Assembly (NCBI GenBank): GCA_014382245.1
Contig: JACNKC010000057.1
Span: forward strand, 174-64,173
Source: Pseudomonadota bacterium
Lineage (GTDB): Bacteria; Desulfobacterota; Binatia; UBA1149
DNA length: 64,000 nt
Direction of reading: 5' to 3'
The notes below the pieces were generated by a model. That model was not told where the DNA came from and ran no database searches. It saw nothing but the letters and a program-made list of their open reading frames with translations. Both the position numbers and the translations under genes were made by a program. Within the stretch, counting starts at the first letter, position 1. Each line of letters begins with the position of its first letter. This document shows, piece by piece, positions 1-8,933 of the stretch.

Positions 1-14
1 GCGTTCGGGGGGGG

Positions 15-917
15 TCAAGCCCCGCGGATGAACGAAGAGATCGCTCGCAGCGGCTGCCGAGGGTAGACCTGCCCCTGCTTGGGCGGCATGGAATTGTAAA
101 CGTAATCGAGCTCCAGGTCGGATAGCAGTCGACCCCGGTGCCGCCAGGTACCCCGTACGAGTACGCTCTCCATGTCGAGATTGATGGCAAACACTGACAA
201 TTGCTGACCGGGTCGAGGGGGGCCTGAGCTTGCCCCTGCCGGTGTACCCGACATCAACAGCCGGCCGCTATTGGCGGCGGTGCATGGCAGGGGAAGTGAT
301 AGGCGGGGGTAGCCGTTGTCGGCTATCCAGGATGCGAACTTGAGTGTTCGTGGAGATCGTAGCAGTCGCTGTGCCCAGTTAGACAAGGCCGGGACGCTGC
401 CGGCGTCGCTCACCCGTAGTGTTCGAGCAGCGGCCAGCGCGCCGGCACCAAGCGCCAGGCGCAGCCTGGGCAGCGCGTGGTTCCCGGCGTAGTGAACGAG
501 GTCCAGGTAGTGGACAGTGTGCACGCCGAAGTAGGCGTTGTAGCGAAACATGGGTTTACTGTTGTAAGCGTCGAGGTCGGCGCCCCCGCTTGCCTTCTCC
601 GCCCAGTGCGCCGTACCGCTCCAGCAGCGGCCCCTGCTGTTTACTATCATGAAGGCCGCGCGCGGGTCCGATTGCAGGTGACTCTTGCCCAGCCCCTCGC
701 AGAACTGACCGAACATGAGCCGCGTGGGATCCTTGGCGTTGAGCGAGGTGATGAGCGTCACGTGGGGCAGCCCCTCGGGATCGCGGGTGGCCAGCAGCCC
801 GATTTTGGCGTCGACGCCAAACGCGGCCATGGCGGCTTGGTCCAGGGCGAGAGGGGGAGTAAGCCCGTCGCGGTCGCCGTTACGTGTGGGCACAGTCTTG
901 TTGCTCCTGTTCATCAT
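15..917 (-). CDS. hypothetical protein, possibly PNPOx-like FMN-binding split-barrel protein; last gene of the GRE operon
   Basis: 300-aa ORF. Its start overlaps the activase stop (ATGA at 914-917). Weak resemblance to pyridoxamine-5'-phosphate-oxidase-like flavin-binding proteins (PEGLPHVTLITSL... region). No stronger family call possible by eye. Confidence 0.4.
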   Translation of the reverse strand: MMNRSNKTVPTRNGDRDGLTPPLALDQAAMAAFGVDAKIGLLATRDPEGLPHVTLITSLNAKDPTRLMFGQFCEGLGKSHLQSDPRAAFMIVNSRGRCWSGTAHWAEKASGGADLDAYNSKPMFRYNAYFGVHTVHYLDLVHYAGNHALPRLRLALGAGALAAARTLRVSDAGSVPALSNWAQRLLRSPRTLKFASWIADNGYPRLSLPLPCTAANSGRLLMSGTPAGASSGPPRPGQQLSVFAINLDMESVLVRGTWRHRGRLLSDLELDYVYNSMPPKQGQVYPRQPLRAISSFIRGA

Positions 918-2020
918 CGTGCTGCTGGTGGCCTGGGGGTTCTCGCTCCAGTCTGTTTGCCGCCCGGATCACAGGGTACTTTCACCGGGCCGGTCACAAC
1001 GATCTTGTCGCCGTCCAGGCCGCACGAATGTGCCACCTGCTGCAGGTTTTCGAGCTCCCCGGCTGCCATGGTCTCGACACCTTCGAGCTCCCACCGGTTT
1101 CCCAACCGTCGGTACTTGTCGCCGGCCATGTTGTTGAAAGCGAGCAGCTCCCAGCGAGTGACGACGTCACCCAGCTTGCCGGCGATGAACTCTCCCAGCC
1201 CGCGCAGGTTTTCTTCGTTGGCGGTGAGCCCCGGCACCAGCGGCGTACGAATCCACAGAGAATCCCGCCTTTGCTGCTCCCTGAATCGCTGTGCGAGGGC
1301 CAGCACGTTGCGTAGGATTTCGTGGTTGGAGCGGCCAGTGAAATCCGCGTGGCGCGCAGAATCTATTTCCTTGAGGTCGTAGAGCACCAGGTCGGCGTGT
1401 CGCGTTGACCGCTCCAGTGCCTGCCACGTGCACTGCCCGCAGGTGTCGATCGCGGTGTGAATGCCTCGCTCGCGGCAGAGCCGCAACAGCTCGGAAGTGA
1501 ACGCGGGTCTAAGCGAGGGTTCACCGCCCGAGACGGTAACCCCGCCGCCCGAGCAGCCGTACCAGGCCAGGTCGCGGACGACCTCGTCGAAAACGTCGGC
1601 AGCCGATCTCCGTTGTCCCAGCAGTTCGAGCGCTGCCCAGGGGCAGGCGTCTGTGCACGCGGCGTTGCAGCCGTTGCCAGCGCTGCAAAGGGCGTGATCG
1701 ATGTGGATGGTGCCGCCCGTCGCTGTTAGTGCCCCTTTCAAACAGGCATCCTGGCACGGTGTAAGCGCTGGCCTGGCGTCGCCGTTGCTCCCGGTCGTGT
1801 TCTCCCGGGGTATGCACCCGCTGCACCTGGATTCGTGCCACGCCACGCACGTGGCCGACTCCACGCTCTCGGGGTTATGACACCACGTGCACTCCAGGCT
1901 GCAACCCTTGAGAAACACGGTCGTGCGTATGCCCGGACCGTCCTCGGTGGACATTCGCTGCAGGTTGAGCACCGTGGCCTCCGTGTTGTCACGGGCGGTC
2001 GACTGCCGGGAAACCATCAC
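914..2020 (-). CDS. glycyl-radical enzyme activating protein (radical SAM, PflA/PFL-AE family, ferredoxin-insert subtype)
   Basis: N-terminal CSLECTWCHNPES radical-SAM CxxxCxxC motif. Two extra Cys-rich ferredoxin-like clusters (CSGCIPRE..., CSAGNGCNAACTDACP). GGVTVSGGEP SAM-binding motif. Sits 10 nt downstream of the GRE gene. Confidence 0.85.
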   Translation of the reverse strand: MMVSRQSTARDNTEATVLNLQRMSTEDGPGIRTTVFLKGCSLECTWCHNPESVESATCVAWHESRCSGCIPRENTTGSNGDARPALTPCQDACLKGALTATGGTIHIDHALCSAGNGCNAACTDACPWAALELLGQRRSAADVFDEVVRDLAWYGCSGGGVTVSGGEPSLRPAFTSELLRLCRERGIHTAIDTCGQCTWQALERSTRHADLVLYDLKEIDSARHADFTGRSNHEILRNVLALAQRFREQQRRDSLWIRTPLVPGLTANEENLRGLGEFIAGKLGDVVTRWELLAFNNMAGDKYRRLGNRWELEGVETMAAGELENLQQVAHSCGLDGDKIVVTGPVKVPCDPGGKQTGARTPRPPAAR

Positions 2021-2030
2021 CGGGTCTACG

Positions 2031-4550
2031 CTAGGAATGCGCCTCCCTGGCTATGACTTCGTCCTGCAGTTCGCGGCCTATGCTGGTGAAGTAGGCGTTG
2101 TAGCCGGTGACGCGTACCAGCAGGTGGCGGTACTCGCCGGGGTTGAGCTGGGCGTCGCGCAGGGTGTCGGTGTCGATCACGTTGACCTGCAGGGCAGTGC
2201 CCCCGTTTTCGCAGTAGCCACGAAGAAACCCCTTGAACTTTTCGCGGTGCTCTGCGTCGCGCAGCAGCGATGGACTGAAGCTCATGGTATGGCTGGCGCC
2301 GTTGGGCAACGAGTTGCGGTAGTCCTGCCAATCTCCGTCGCTGCCCCGTCCACCCAGCGCCTGGCCAACCGAGTTGACGTTGGCCGTGGGGCCACTGGTA
2401 TCGGCGCCGTTGGACGGGCAAATGGCGTTGGACAGGAACCTGCCCCGCGGTCTTCCGTCGGCGCTCGCCGCCATGACGTAGCCGCCGTCCACCCAGTAGT
2501 TCCAGCTGAGCATGCCGGGACGAAAGCGCCGGCCGGTGCTGACCGTGCTGTGCTTCCAGGTTTCATCGGTCCACAGGTCCATCACGGCGCAGGCCATGGC
2601 GTCGGCCTCCTGTTGGTCGCGGCCGTACTTGGGCGCGCGCCAGCGGGCCCAGGCCTGCAGGGTCTCGTGCCCGTCCCAGTTGTCGCGCAGGGCCGCGGTC
2701 AGCTCCTCCATCGAGCACAGACCGCGGTCGTAGACCAGGTACTTTATCGCGCACAGCGAGTCCACGGTGGTGGCGAAGGTTACGCCCTCGAGCGTGGTAA
2801 GGTTGATCTCGGCGCCGCCGCGGGTGACGTCGGTGGCCGTTTCGGCGCAGCCGCCCACGAGGCAGGACAAGTAGGGCGTGGGGCTGAAGCGGGCGCGCAG
2901 GCTCTCGGTACGTTCGTAGAGGTCAACGCAACGTTGCACGATGAACTCGTTCTGCCTGCTGTAGGCCGCCCAGAAGTCTTCCCAGCGATCGAACTTCCCG
3001 GCGTCACCCGTGCGCGGGCCGTCTCGGCTGATTTCGCGGGACTCGCCGGTCACGGCGTCCATCGCGGGGGCGAGATCCTCGCCGCCTGTAAGCGCGAGTT
3101 CAACGGCCTTGAGCAGGTTGAGGTTACTGTCAACGGTTCCTGAACGGTCGTTGCCCACCATGGTGTTTTCCAGGCAGCCAACCGGCGCGTACTCGTGGAC
3201 GTTGTCCTCGTTTACGAGGTGCTGGTAGCCGGCCTCGGCGGCTTCGCGCATCATACCGGCCATGGATCTCTCGTCGAAGTTGAGCAGGAAGGGCGATCCG
3301 TGGCTGCGCGAGATCATGTCGACCACGGTGTCGAGCAGGCGGTTGGGAGAACCGCGGTGCAGCCGTACACTCGGCTTGGGCTCCAGTATGGGGCTCATCT
3401 CGTCGATGACCTCGAGGATGGCGTAGGTCAGGTCGTTGGTCGTGTCGACGCCCTCGGCTCCAATGCCCGAAAGCGTTATGAGCTGGCCGAAGCCGGAGGT
3501 GATTCCCTGGTTGCCGCCGATTTTTATCATGGCGTCGTAAGCCGTGTTGGCGTGTACCCAGAAGCAGCGCAGGATTTCTTTGCCGAACTCGCGATCCATT
3601 CCGTTCTCGATCGAGCGGCGCCAGCAGGGGTAGAGGTACTGGTCTACGCGGCCGAAGCTCAGGCCGGGGCCGGGGTAGTTTTCGTCGCTCATCACCAGCA
3701 TGTGGGTGAGCCACAGGGATTGTACTGCCTCCCAGAAGTTACGCGCGGGAAGCCAGGGCACGCGTTCCAGGTTGCGGGCCATGTTCTCGAGCTCCGCCCG
3801 GCGAGCCGGGTCGGCTTCGTCGCGGGCCTCGTCGCGGCAGCACCCGGCGTATTTTCCGGCCAATTCCCCGGGCATGAGAGCAGCAGTCATCATGGCGCGC
3901 AGTTGCGAGCCGGGTTGGCCGTTTTTAGCAGCGTGGTCGAGTGCGTCGTAGCGTTGTTCGAGGTCGCGGTGGATGGCTCCCCAGCCATGCTCGATCACCC
4001 GTGGGTAGTCGGGTAGCAAATGGCCGGAGGTAGCACCCGTGTTGCCGTAGCCGTGCTCGTGGAAATCCTTGATCGCGGCTCTCGTGCCGCGCGGGCCGTT
4101 GACCTCGGCATCGCGTCGACGGGCTTCCTCGCGGTTCCAGCAGCGCGAGGCGAGCAGGTTGAAGCGGGCCCCGGCTATGAGATCACCGGGCAGTATTTCC
4201 CGCGGCAACCTGTTGACCATTATTTCGCGGATCAGCCACGCGCGGCGCTCGGCGAGCCCCCGTTGCCAGAAGTCATCGGGCAGATCGACCCTGCGCGCAG
4301 CCTGCAGGGTGGAAGAGCGGAACGGTTGAAAGAACGCGTAGGTCTCCGGGACGATGTAGTAGGTGGTCTCGTCGTAGACCACGTCCCAGTCGGTACCGGT
4401 TGTCCAGCAACTGAACTCGTTGTTCCACTCGCGGTCTACGCCGCGAAAGTAGTAGTCGCGCAGCCACTGTGCGCGTGGGGACAACGCGCGGGGCGCGGGT
4501 ACAGCGGGTTGCTGTTCGCGGTGATTCGTTGCGTGTGCTGATCCTGCCAT
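2031..4550 (-). CDS. glycyl radical enzyme, PFL2/glycerol-dehydratase-like (eliminase-type) family, substrate unknown
   Basis: 839 aa. C-terminal glycine radical motif RVTGYNAYF. Catalytic Cys loop VGCLENT with Glu at +2, as in GRE dehydratases/lyases/decarboxylases (CutC, HypD, IslA, glycerol dehydratase, HPD) and unlike the PFL CC motif. Adjacent activase. Confidence 0.85.
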   Translation of the reverse strand: MAGSAHATNHREQQPAVPAPRALSPRAQWLRDYYFRGVDREWNNEFSCWTTGTDWDVVYDETTYYIVPETYAFFQPFRSSTLQAARRVDLPDDFWQRGLAERRAWLIREIMVNRLPREILPGDLIAGARFNLLASRCWNREEARRRDAEVNGPRGTRAAIKDFHEHGYGNTGATSGHLLPDYPRVIEHGWGAIHRDLEQRYDALDHAAKNGQPGSQLRAMMTAALMPGELAGKYAGCCRDEARDEADPARRAELENMARNLERVPWLPARNFWEAVQSLWLTHMLVMSDENYPGPGLSFGRVDQYLYPCWRRSIENGMDREFGKEILRCFWVHANTAYDAMIKIGGNQGITSGFGQLITLSGIGAEGVDTTNDLTYAILEVIDEMSPILEPKPSVRLHRGSPNRLLDTVVDMISRSHGSPFLLNFDERSMAGMMREAAEAGYQHLVNEDNVHEYAPVGCLENTMVGNDRSGTVDSNLNLLKAVELALTGGEDLAPAMDAVTGESREISRDGPRTGDAGKFDRWEDFWAAYSRQNEFIVQRCVDLYERTESLRARFSPTPYLSCLVGGCAETATDVTRGGAEINLTTLEGVTFATTVDSLCAIKYLVYDRGLCSMEELTAALRDNWDGHETLQAWARWRAPKYGRDQQEADAMACAVMDLWTDETWKHSTVSTGRRFRPGMLSWNYWVDGGYVMAASADGRPRGRFLSNAICPSNGADTSGPTANVNSVGQALGGRGSDGDWQDYRNSLPNGASHTMSFSPSLLRDAEHREKFKGFLRGYCENGGTALQVNVIDTDTLRDAQLNPGEYRHLLVRVTGYNAYFTSIGRELQDEVIAREAHS

Positions 4551-4566
4551 CGTCGTTGTTTCCTTG

Positions 4567-7479
4567 TCAGGCCGAGGCCATCTCGATCCGTGTCTCGCGG
4601 TCGCTCTGCCCGGGTTGCAGCGAGGCTGGTACCGGTCTCAAGTGATTGTAGCCGCCGGCCAGCTCCACCGGGTTGAGCGGGCTCGGTAGTACGTTGCGGT
4701 AGCCCTTGCCGCCGGGAAACTGGTAGTCCTCCCAGGCGTGGTAGAGGATCACCATGCCCGGGCGCACCGCGTTCGATAGCCGGGCCTTAACGCGGAACTC
4801 GCCCAGGTCGTTGAAGAGGCGCACCGTGTCGCCGTCCTTGATGCCGCGGCTGCGCGCGTCGGGTGCCGCTACGAAGGCGGCCGCTTCTCCGCGCTGCAGT
4901 TGCAGCAGCAGGTCGAGGTTGCGCCAGCCGGCGTGGATGCTCCAGCGGGTGTGGCCGCCGCTGAGCACCAGCGGGTAGTCTCCCCCCGGTCGGGGTACGG
5001 GCAGGTGGGCAGGCAGTTCCTGTCCGAGTTCGAGGTACAAGGGGTGGTCGATGTAAAACTGCACCCTGCGGGTGAGCGTGGGCCAGGGGCCGGGATTGCT
5101 GCGACGCCAACCGCGGTTGACCACCGGTTGGTCGGGCGTCACGTCCGTGGCATTGCCCAGGTTGAAAGGGTGCGTGCCTATTCCGGTTATTCTTTTGAAG
5201 CCATCGTGCCGGAGTTCTTCGAAACCGCCGTCCACGAAGCCGGTCTGTTTTACTATTTCGTGTGCGACCTGCGATTGGGCATGTTCGTCGAAGCGGCCGT
5301 TGAAGGTAAAGCGATGGCCGAAATCATCGAGTCTCTGCTCGTTGCCGTGGCGGTCGCGAAAAGAGGAGACGCCCCGTTCGCGCGCGCGTCGTTCCACCCA
5401 CCGGGCCAGCTCCGCGTGCATGTTCCACTCGGGCTTGCACTCGCCCAGGGGTTCGACGGCCGCCTGGGTGATGTGCAGGTAAGGTGAAAGCAGCGTGAAC
5501 CAGTTGGGTACGTCGTCTTTTTCGTAAGAAGACGCGCCTGGCAGCAGTATGTCGGACTGCAGGCAGGTGGTCGACATGCGCAGGTCGCAGGTGACTACCA
5601 GTTTTATTTTCGGCCAGGCCGTTTCGAGCAGGCGTTGCGCGCTACGCAGGCGCCTCAGTAAATTGCTGCCCGCGACCACGAGCACCCGCGGGGGATCTGC
5701 CGGCGGGCGCTTCTGCCAGTTGTTGTTGTAGGACTCCTCGACGTACTCGTCGATGGGGCGGGGCAGTCGCCTGCCGTGCTCGCCGTCGGTCACCCGGGAC
5801 AAACCGCCGTGGCGTCGCCAGTAAAGCACCGACGATACCACCGACGAATCGTTCATGTAGTCGCGAAAGGCGTCGTATACATAGCGCTCGGTACTGTCGC
5901 CCGCCAGTCGCCGGCCGAGCAGCGCGGGTAGGTGCTTGAGCTTGGCGGCCAGTCCCTCCCACTGGCTGGCGCCGACGGAATCCATGCCCTGCGTCCACAG
6001 GAACGGAGTTGTGTCGAAGCCGGCGCCCGGCTTTCCCACGTGCCCGCCCAGCATGAAAAGCAGCAGTTGCGCCCGCATGATGATGTCGCCGTTGTAGAGC
6101 TTGGGAATAGACGAACCGGCTACGCCGGCCATGGCGCGTGCCCCGGCCACCATATCGGCGAAACGGTGGATGGTTTCAGCCGAGCAGCCGCACAGCTCTG
6201 CCGCTTTTTTGGGCGTGTAGTCCGCGTCGAGTCGCTGGCGCAGGATTTCGAGTACCGGGCGCACGCGGACCGGTCCGTTGTTGGTGCTTACCGTGTAGTT
6301 GCCCTCGAGCGCGGGCGTAACCCCTGCCCAGTCCAGGTCGAAGGGAGCGGGGGAGGGCAGGCCGAGCGAGGGATCCCAGGCGTAGAACTGTTCCTGGCGG
6401 CCGCCTGTGACGAGATCGCTTTCGCGCAGGTAGTGGCCGTCGTCTTTTACCAGCAGTACGAGGTCGGTCTGCGAGCGTACGAAGTCAGCGTCTATGCTGC
6501 CTCGTTCCAATAGTACCTGGCAGGCGGCCAGGGCCAACGCGGCGTCGGTCCCGGGGCGCACGCCTATGAACAGGTCGCTGTGGATGCTCGAGGCCGAGTA
6601 GTCGGTGGCGATGGTGACCACGCGGGTGCCGTTGTAACGGGCCTCGTTGATGAAGTGGGCATTGGGAATCTGCGTGTAAACGGGGTTCGCACCCCAGACC
6701 AGTATGAGATCGGAGTGGAAGAAGTCGTCGGCCGAGCGTGACGATACCGGTGTGCCCATGGTCACCGCTGCGCCGGCCTGCCCGTCGTCGAGCTCGGTGT
6801 TGGTGTCGAGCTCTATGCCGTCGAGCATGTCGACCAGGCGCTGCACGCCCAGCCTCCACGTGGCCGACGCCAGGCTGCCACCGGGCTCAAGGGCCACCGA
6901 GTCGGGACCGGCGAGGGTCACCGCGTCGATGAGCTGGTCGGCGGTCTCGCGGTAGGCTTCGTCCCAGCTGATGCGCTTCCATTTGCCCGAGCCTCTGGGC
7001 CCGACACGTCGCAGCGGGTAGCGCAGGCGGTCGGGCGCGTACATGAGCGCGGAGTAGCAGGCGCCTTTCTGGCAGCCGCGGGGATTGAAGTCGGGTACCT
7101 CGTCGTTTACCGCGGGGTACTCGCCGGCCTGTTCCTCGCGCACGACCACCCCGTCGCGCACGTAGACGTCCCAGGAGCAGTTGCGCTGGTACCAGCAGTT
7201 GACGACGTGCGTACAGCGCACGCGCTTGTCCCAGGCAAGCCGTTGCAGGTAGACGTCCTTCCAGTCGCCGTAGCCCCTTGCTGGAGCGTGGGGCGCGACC
7301 GTACTCGCGGTTGACGTTTCGTATTGGCCGGCATCGCGGTGGCAAGCCGGGACCAGCCCGCCCAGCACGAGGATTGCTGCGCCGCTGCTGCCGCGCCTTA
7401 CGAATTCACGCCTGCTTATTGTTGTTGCCACGCTCGCATCCGTGCCACGTCGGCGCGGGGTGTCGCACACCCCACGCAT
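4567..7479 (-). CDS. Tat-exported molybdopterin oxidoreductase catalytic subunit (DMSO reductase superfamily)
   Basis: 970 aa. Twin-arginine motif SRREFVRRG followed by a hydrophobic stretch ending VPA. N-terminal Cys/His cluster CTHVVNCWYQRNC for an FeS centre. Molybdopterin dinucleotide-binding family length and architecture. An alternative GTG start at 7431 would give MATTISRREFVRRG, a canonical Tat signal. Confidence 0.75.
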   Translation of the reverse strand: MRGVCDTPRRRGTDASVATTISRREFVRRGSSGAAILVLGGLVPACHRDAGQYETSTASTVAPHAPARGYGDWKDVYLQRLAWDKRVRCTHVVNCWYQRNCSWDVYVRDGVVVREEQAGEYPAVNDEVPDFNPRGCQKGACYSALMYAPDRLRYPLRRVGPRGSGKWKRISWDEAYRETADQLIDAVTLAGPDSVALEPGGSLASATWRLGVQRLVDMLDGIELDTNTELDDGQAGAAVTMGTPVSSRSADDFFHSDLILVWGANPVYTQIPNAHFINEARYNGTRVVTIATDYSASSIHSDLFIGVRPGTDAALALAACQVLLERGSIDADFVRSQTDLVLLVKDDGHYLRESDLVTGGRQEQFYAWDPSLGLPSPAPFDLDWAGVTPALEGNYTVSTNNGPVRVRPVLEILRQRLDADYTPKKAAELCGCSAETIHRFADMVAGARAMAGVAGSSIPKLYNGDIIMRAQLLLFMLGGHVGKPGAGFDTTPFLWTQGMDSVGASQWEGLAAKLKHLPALLGRRLAGDSTERYVYDAFRDYMNDSSVVSSVLYWRRHGGLSRVTDGEHGRRLPRPIDEYVEESYNNNWQKRPPADPPRVLVVAGSNLLRRLRSAQRLLETAWPKIKLVVTCDLRMSTTCLQSDILLPGASSYEKDDVPNWFTLLSPYLHITQAAVEPLGECKPEWNMHAELARWVERRARERGVSSFRDRHGNEQRLDDFGHRFTFNGRFDEHAQSQVAHEIVKQTGFVDGGFEELRHDGFKRITGIGTHPFNLGNATDVTPDQPVVNRGWRRSNPGPWPTLTRRVQFYIDHPLYLELGQELPAHLPVPRPGGDYPLVLSGGHTRWSIHAGWRNLDLLLQLQRGEAAAFVAAPDARSRGIKDGDTVRLFNDLGEFRVKARLSNAVRPGMVILYHAWEDYQFPGGKGYRNVLPSPLNPVELAGGYNHLRPVPASLQPGQSDRETRIEMASA

Positions 7480-7600
7480 CTACGTGGCGGGCAAGGGCAA
7501 CAAGGGCAGCGGAGCGGAAGCCAGTATATTCGACCTGGCCGGCTATGACAACGCTGAATGGGTGACAGTCTTCCCCCGCGATATACGGCCCGGCCAGTTG

Positions 7601-8848
7601 TCAGCGCAGGTTGGCCAGGTCGATGCTCTTGGGGAAAATCCCGCGGTTGGCGCGGTCGCGCTCCTCCAATCGCTCAATTTCAGCTTCGGGCAGGCCGGCT
7701 TCGGCCATCAGTTCACGGGCGTGCTCTCCTAGCACTGGAGAGGCTGAGCCCAGCCCGGGCTCCTGCCCGTCGAAGGCCAGCGGCGGTCGCGGCAAGCGGC
7801 AGCTTCCGCCCTCGGGGTGCTCGGCTTCGACCAGGGTGTTGCCGTGTCGGACCTGGGGATCCTCGTGAACGCGGTTCACCGGGTTCACCCGGGCCGAGGG
7901 CACGTCAAGCTCGTCGAGCAAGCGGCACAGCGATTCGGTGTCGCGGTCGGCGAGTACGGCGTCCATCTCCTCGGCCAGCTGCTGCCTGTTGGCCACGCGC
8001 CCCCCGAAATTGGCAAACCTGGGATCGGCGTGCAGCTGGCAGCCAAGCGCCTCGCACAGGGCGGCAAAGTCGCTGTCGACTATCAGTATGGTCGACACGT
8101 GGCCGTCGCTGGTGGCAAACAACGGGAAGTAATCGGCAAGTGCCCCCTGTTCGTTTATCTCGTCGCCCAGCAGGGTGTGCTGCCACATGGCGTCGGGCCA
8201 CAGGAAGTACAGCCCCGCGTCCATCATCGACACGGGCAGGAACTGGCCCCGGCCGGTACGCTCGCGCTGAAGCAGCGCTGCGGTTACGGCCTGGGCGGCC
8301 GTCATGCCCGAAACCTTGTCGAACAGCACTGTGCGCACGTTGGCCGGCCTGTCGCCGCCGCCCTGCGCCCCGGCCATGCCGATGGTGGCCTGTACCAGGG
8401 GATCGTACACGCGGCGGTGGACGTAGGGCCCCGACTGCCCGTAGCCAGTGATAGACCCGTAGACGAGGCGGGGATTGACGGCTGCCAGCGACTCGTAGTC
8501 GACACCCAGCTTTGCCGTGACCCCGGGGCGGTAGTTTTCGATAAGCACGTCGGCGGTTTCTACCAGACGCCGCAGGATGGCCGCGTCGTCTGCCTGCTTG
8601 AGGTCCAGGGCTATCGAGCGCTTGTTGCGGTTGAGCACCGAGAACTGTGCGGCGACCCCGTTCCGGTTGTTGCCCATGAAACGCGCGAGGTCACCGGTAC
8701 CCGGCGGCTCAACCTTGACCACGTCGGCGCCCTGGTCGGCCAGTATCATGCCGGCAAGCGGACCAGACACAGTGGAGGTGAGTTCGATGACGCGGTAGCC
8801 GGCCAGCGGCCCAGCGACGGTACGTTGACCATATCCTTTATTCGCCAT
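7601..8848 (-). CDS. CoA-transferase family III (CaiB/BaiF/Frc-like)
   Basis: Conserved N-terminus MANKGYGQRTVAGPLAGYRVIELTSTVSGPLAGMILADQGADVVKVEPPGTGD typical of family III CoA transferases. The ORF track extends 188 aa further upstream (to 9412) with low-complexity sequence and no homology, so I set the start at the internal ATG at 8848. Confidence 0.8.
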   Translation of the reverse strand: MANKGYGQRTVAGPLAGYRVIELTSTVSGPLAGMILADQGADVVKVEPPGTGDLARFMGNNRNGVAAQFSVLNRNKRSIALDLKQADDAAILRRLVETADVLIENYRPGVTAKLGVDYESLAAVNPRLVYGSITGYGQSGPYVHRRVYDPLVQATIGMAGAQGGGDRPANVRTVLFDKVSGMTAAQAVTAALLQRERTGRGQFLPVSMMDAGLYFLWPDAMWQHTLLGDEINEQGALADYFPLFATSDGHVSTILIVDSDFAALCEALGCQLHADPRFANFGGRVANRQQLAEEMDAVLADRDTESLCRLLDELDVPSARVNPVNRVHEDPQVRHGNTLVEAEHPEGGSCRLPRPPLAFDGQEPGLGSASPVLGEHARELMAEAGLPEAEIERLEERDRANRGIFPKSIDLANLR

Positions 8849-8933
8849 GGGGGTAATATTTTGACTCGCCCACGCTGTGTCCAATCCCGAAAGTGGGTTA
8901 TCGGACGCTTCCCCCTTTTGATAGGGTTCGCGC

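Noticed and set aside
1887-3143. 418-aa plus-strand ORF antisense to the GRE gene (and similar long antisense ORFs such as 3195..4016, 5932..6513, 7817..8968)
   Set aside because: High-GC genomes generate long stop-free antisense frames. The translations are low-complexity (Ala/Gly/Val/Arg-rich) with no recognisable motifs, whereas the opposite strand encodes clearly conserved proteins.
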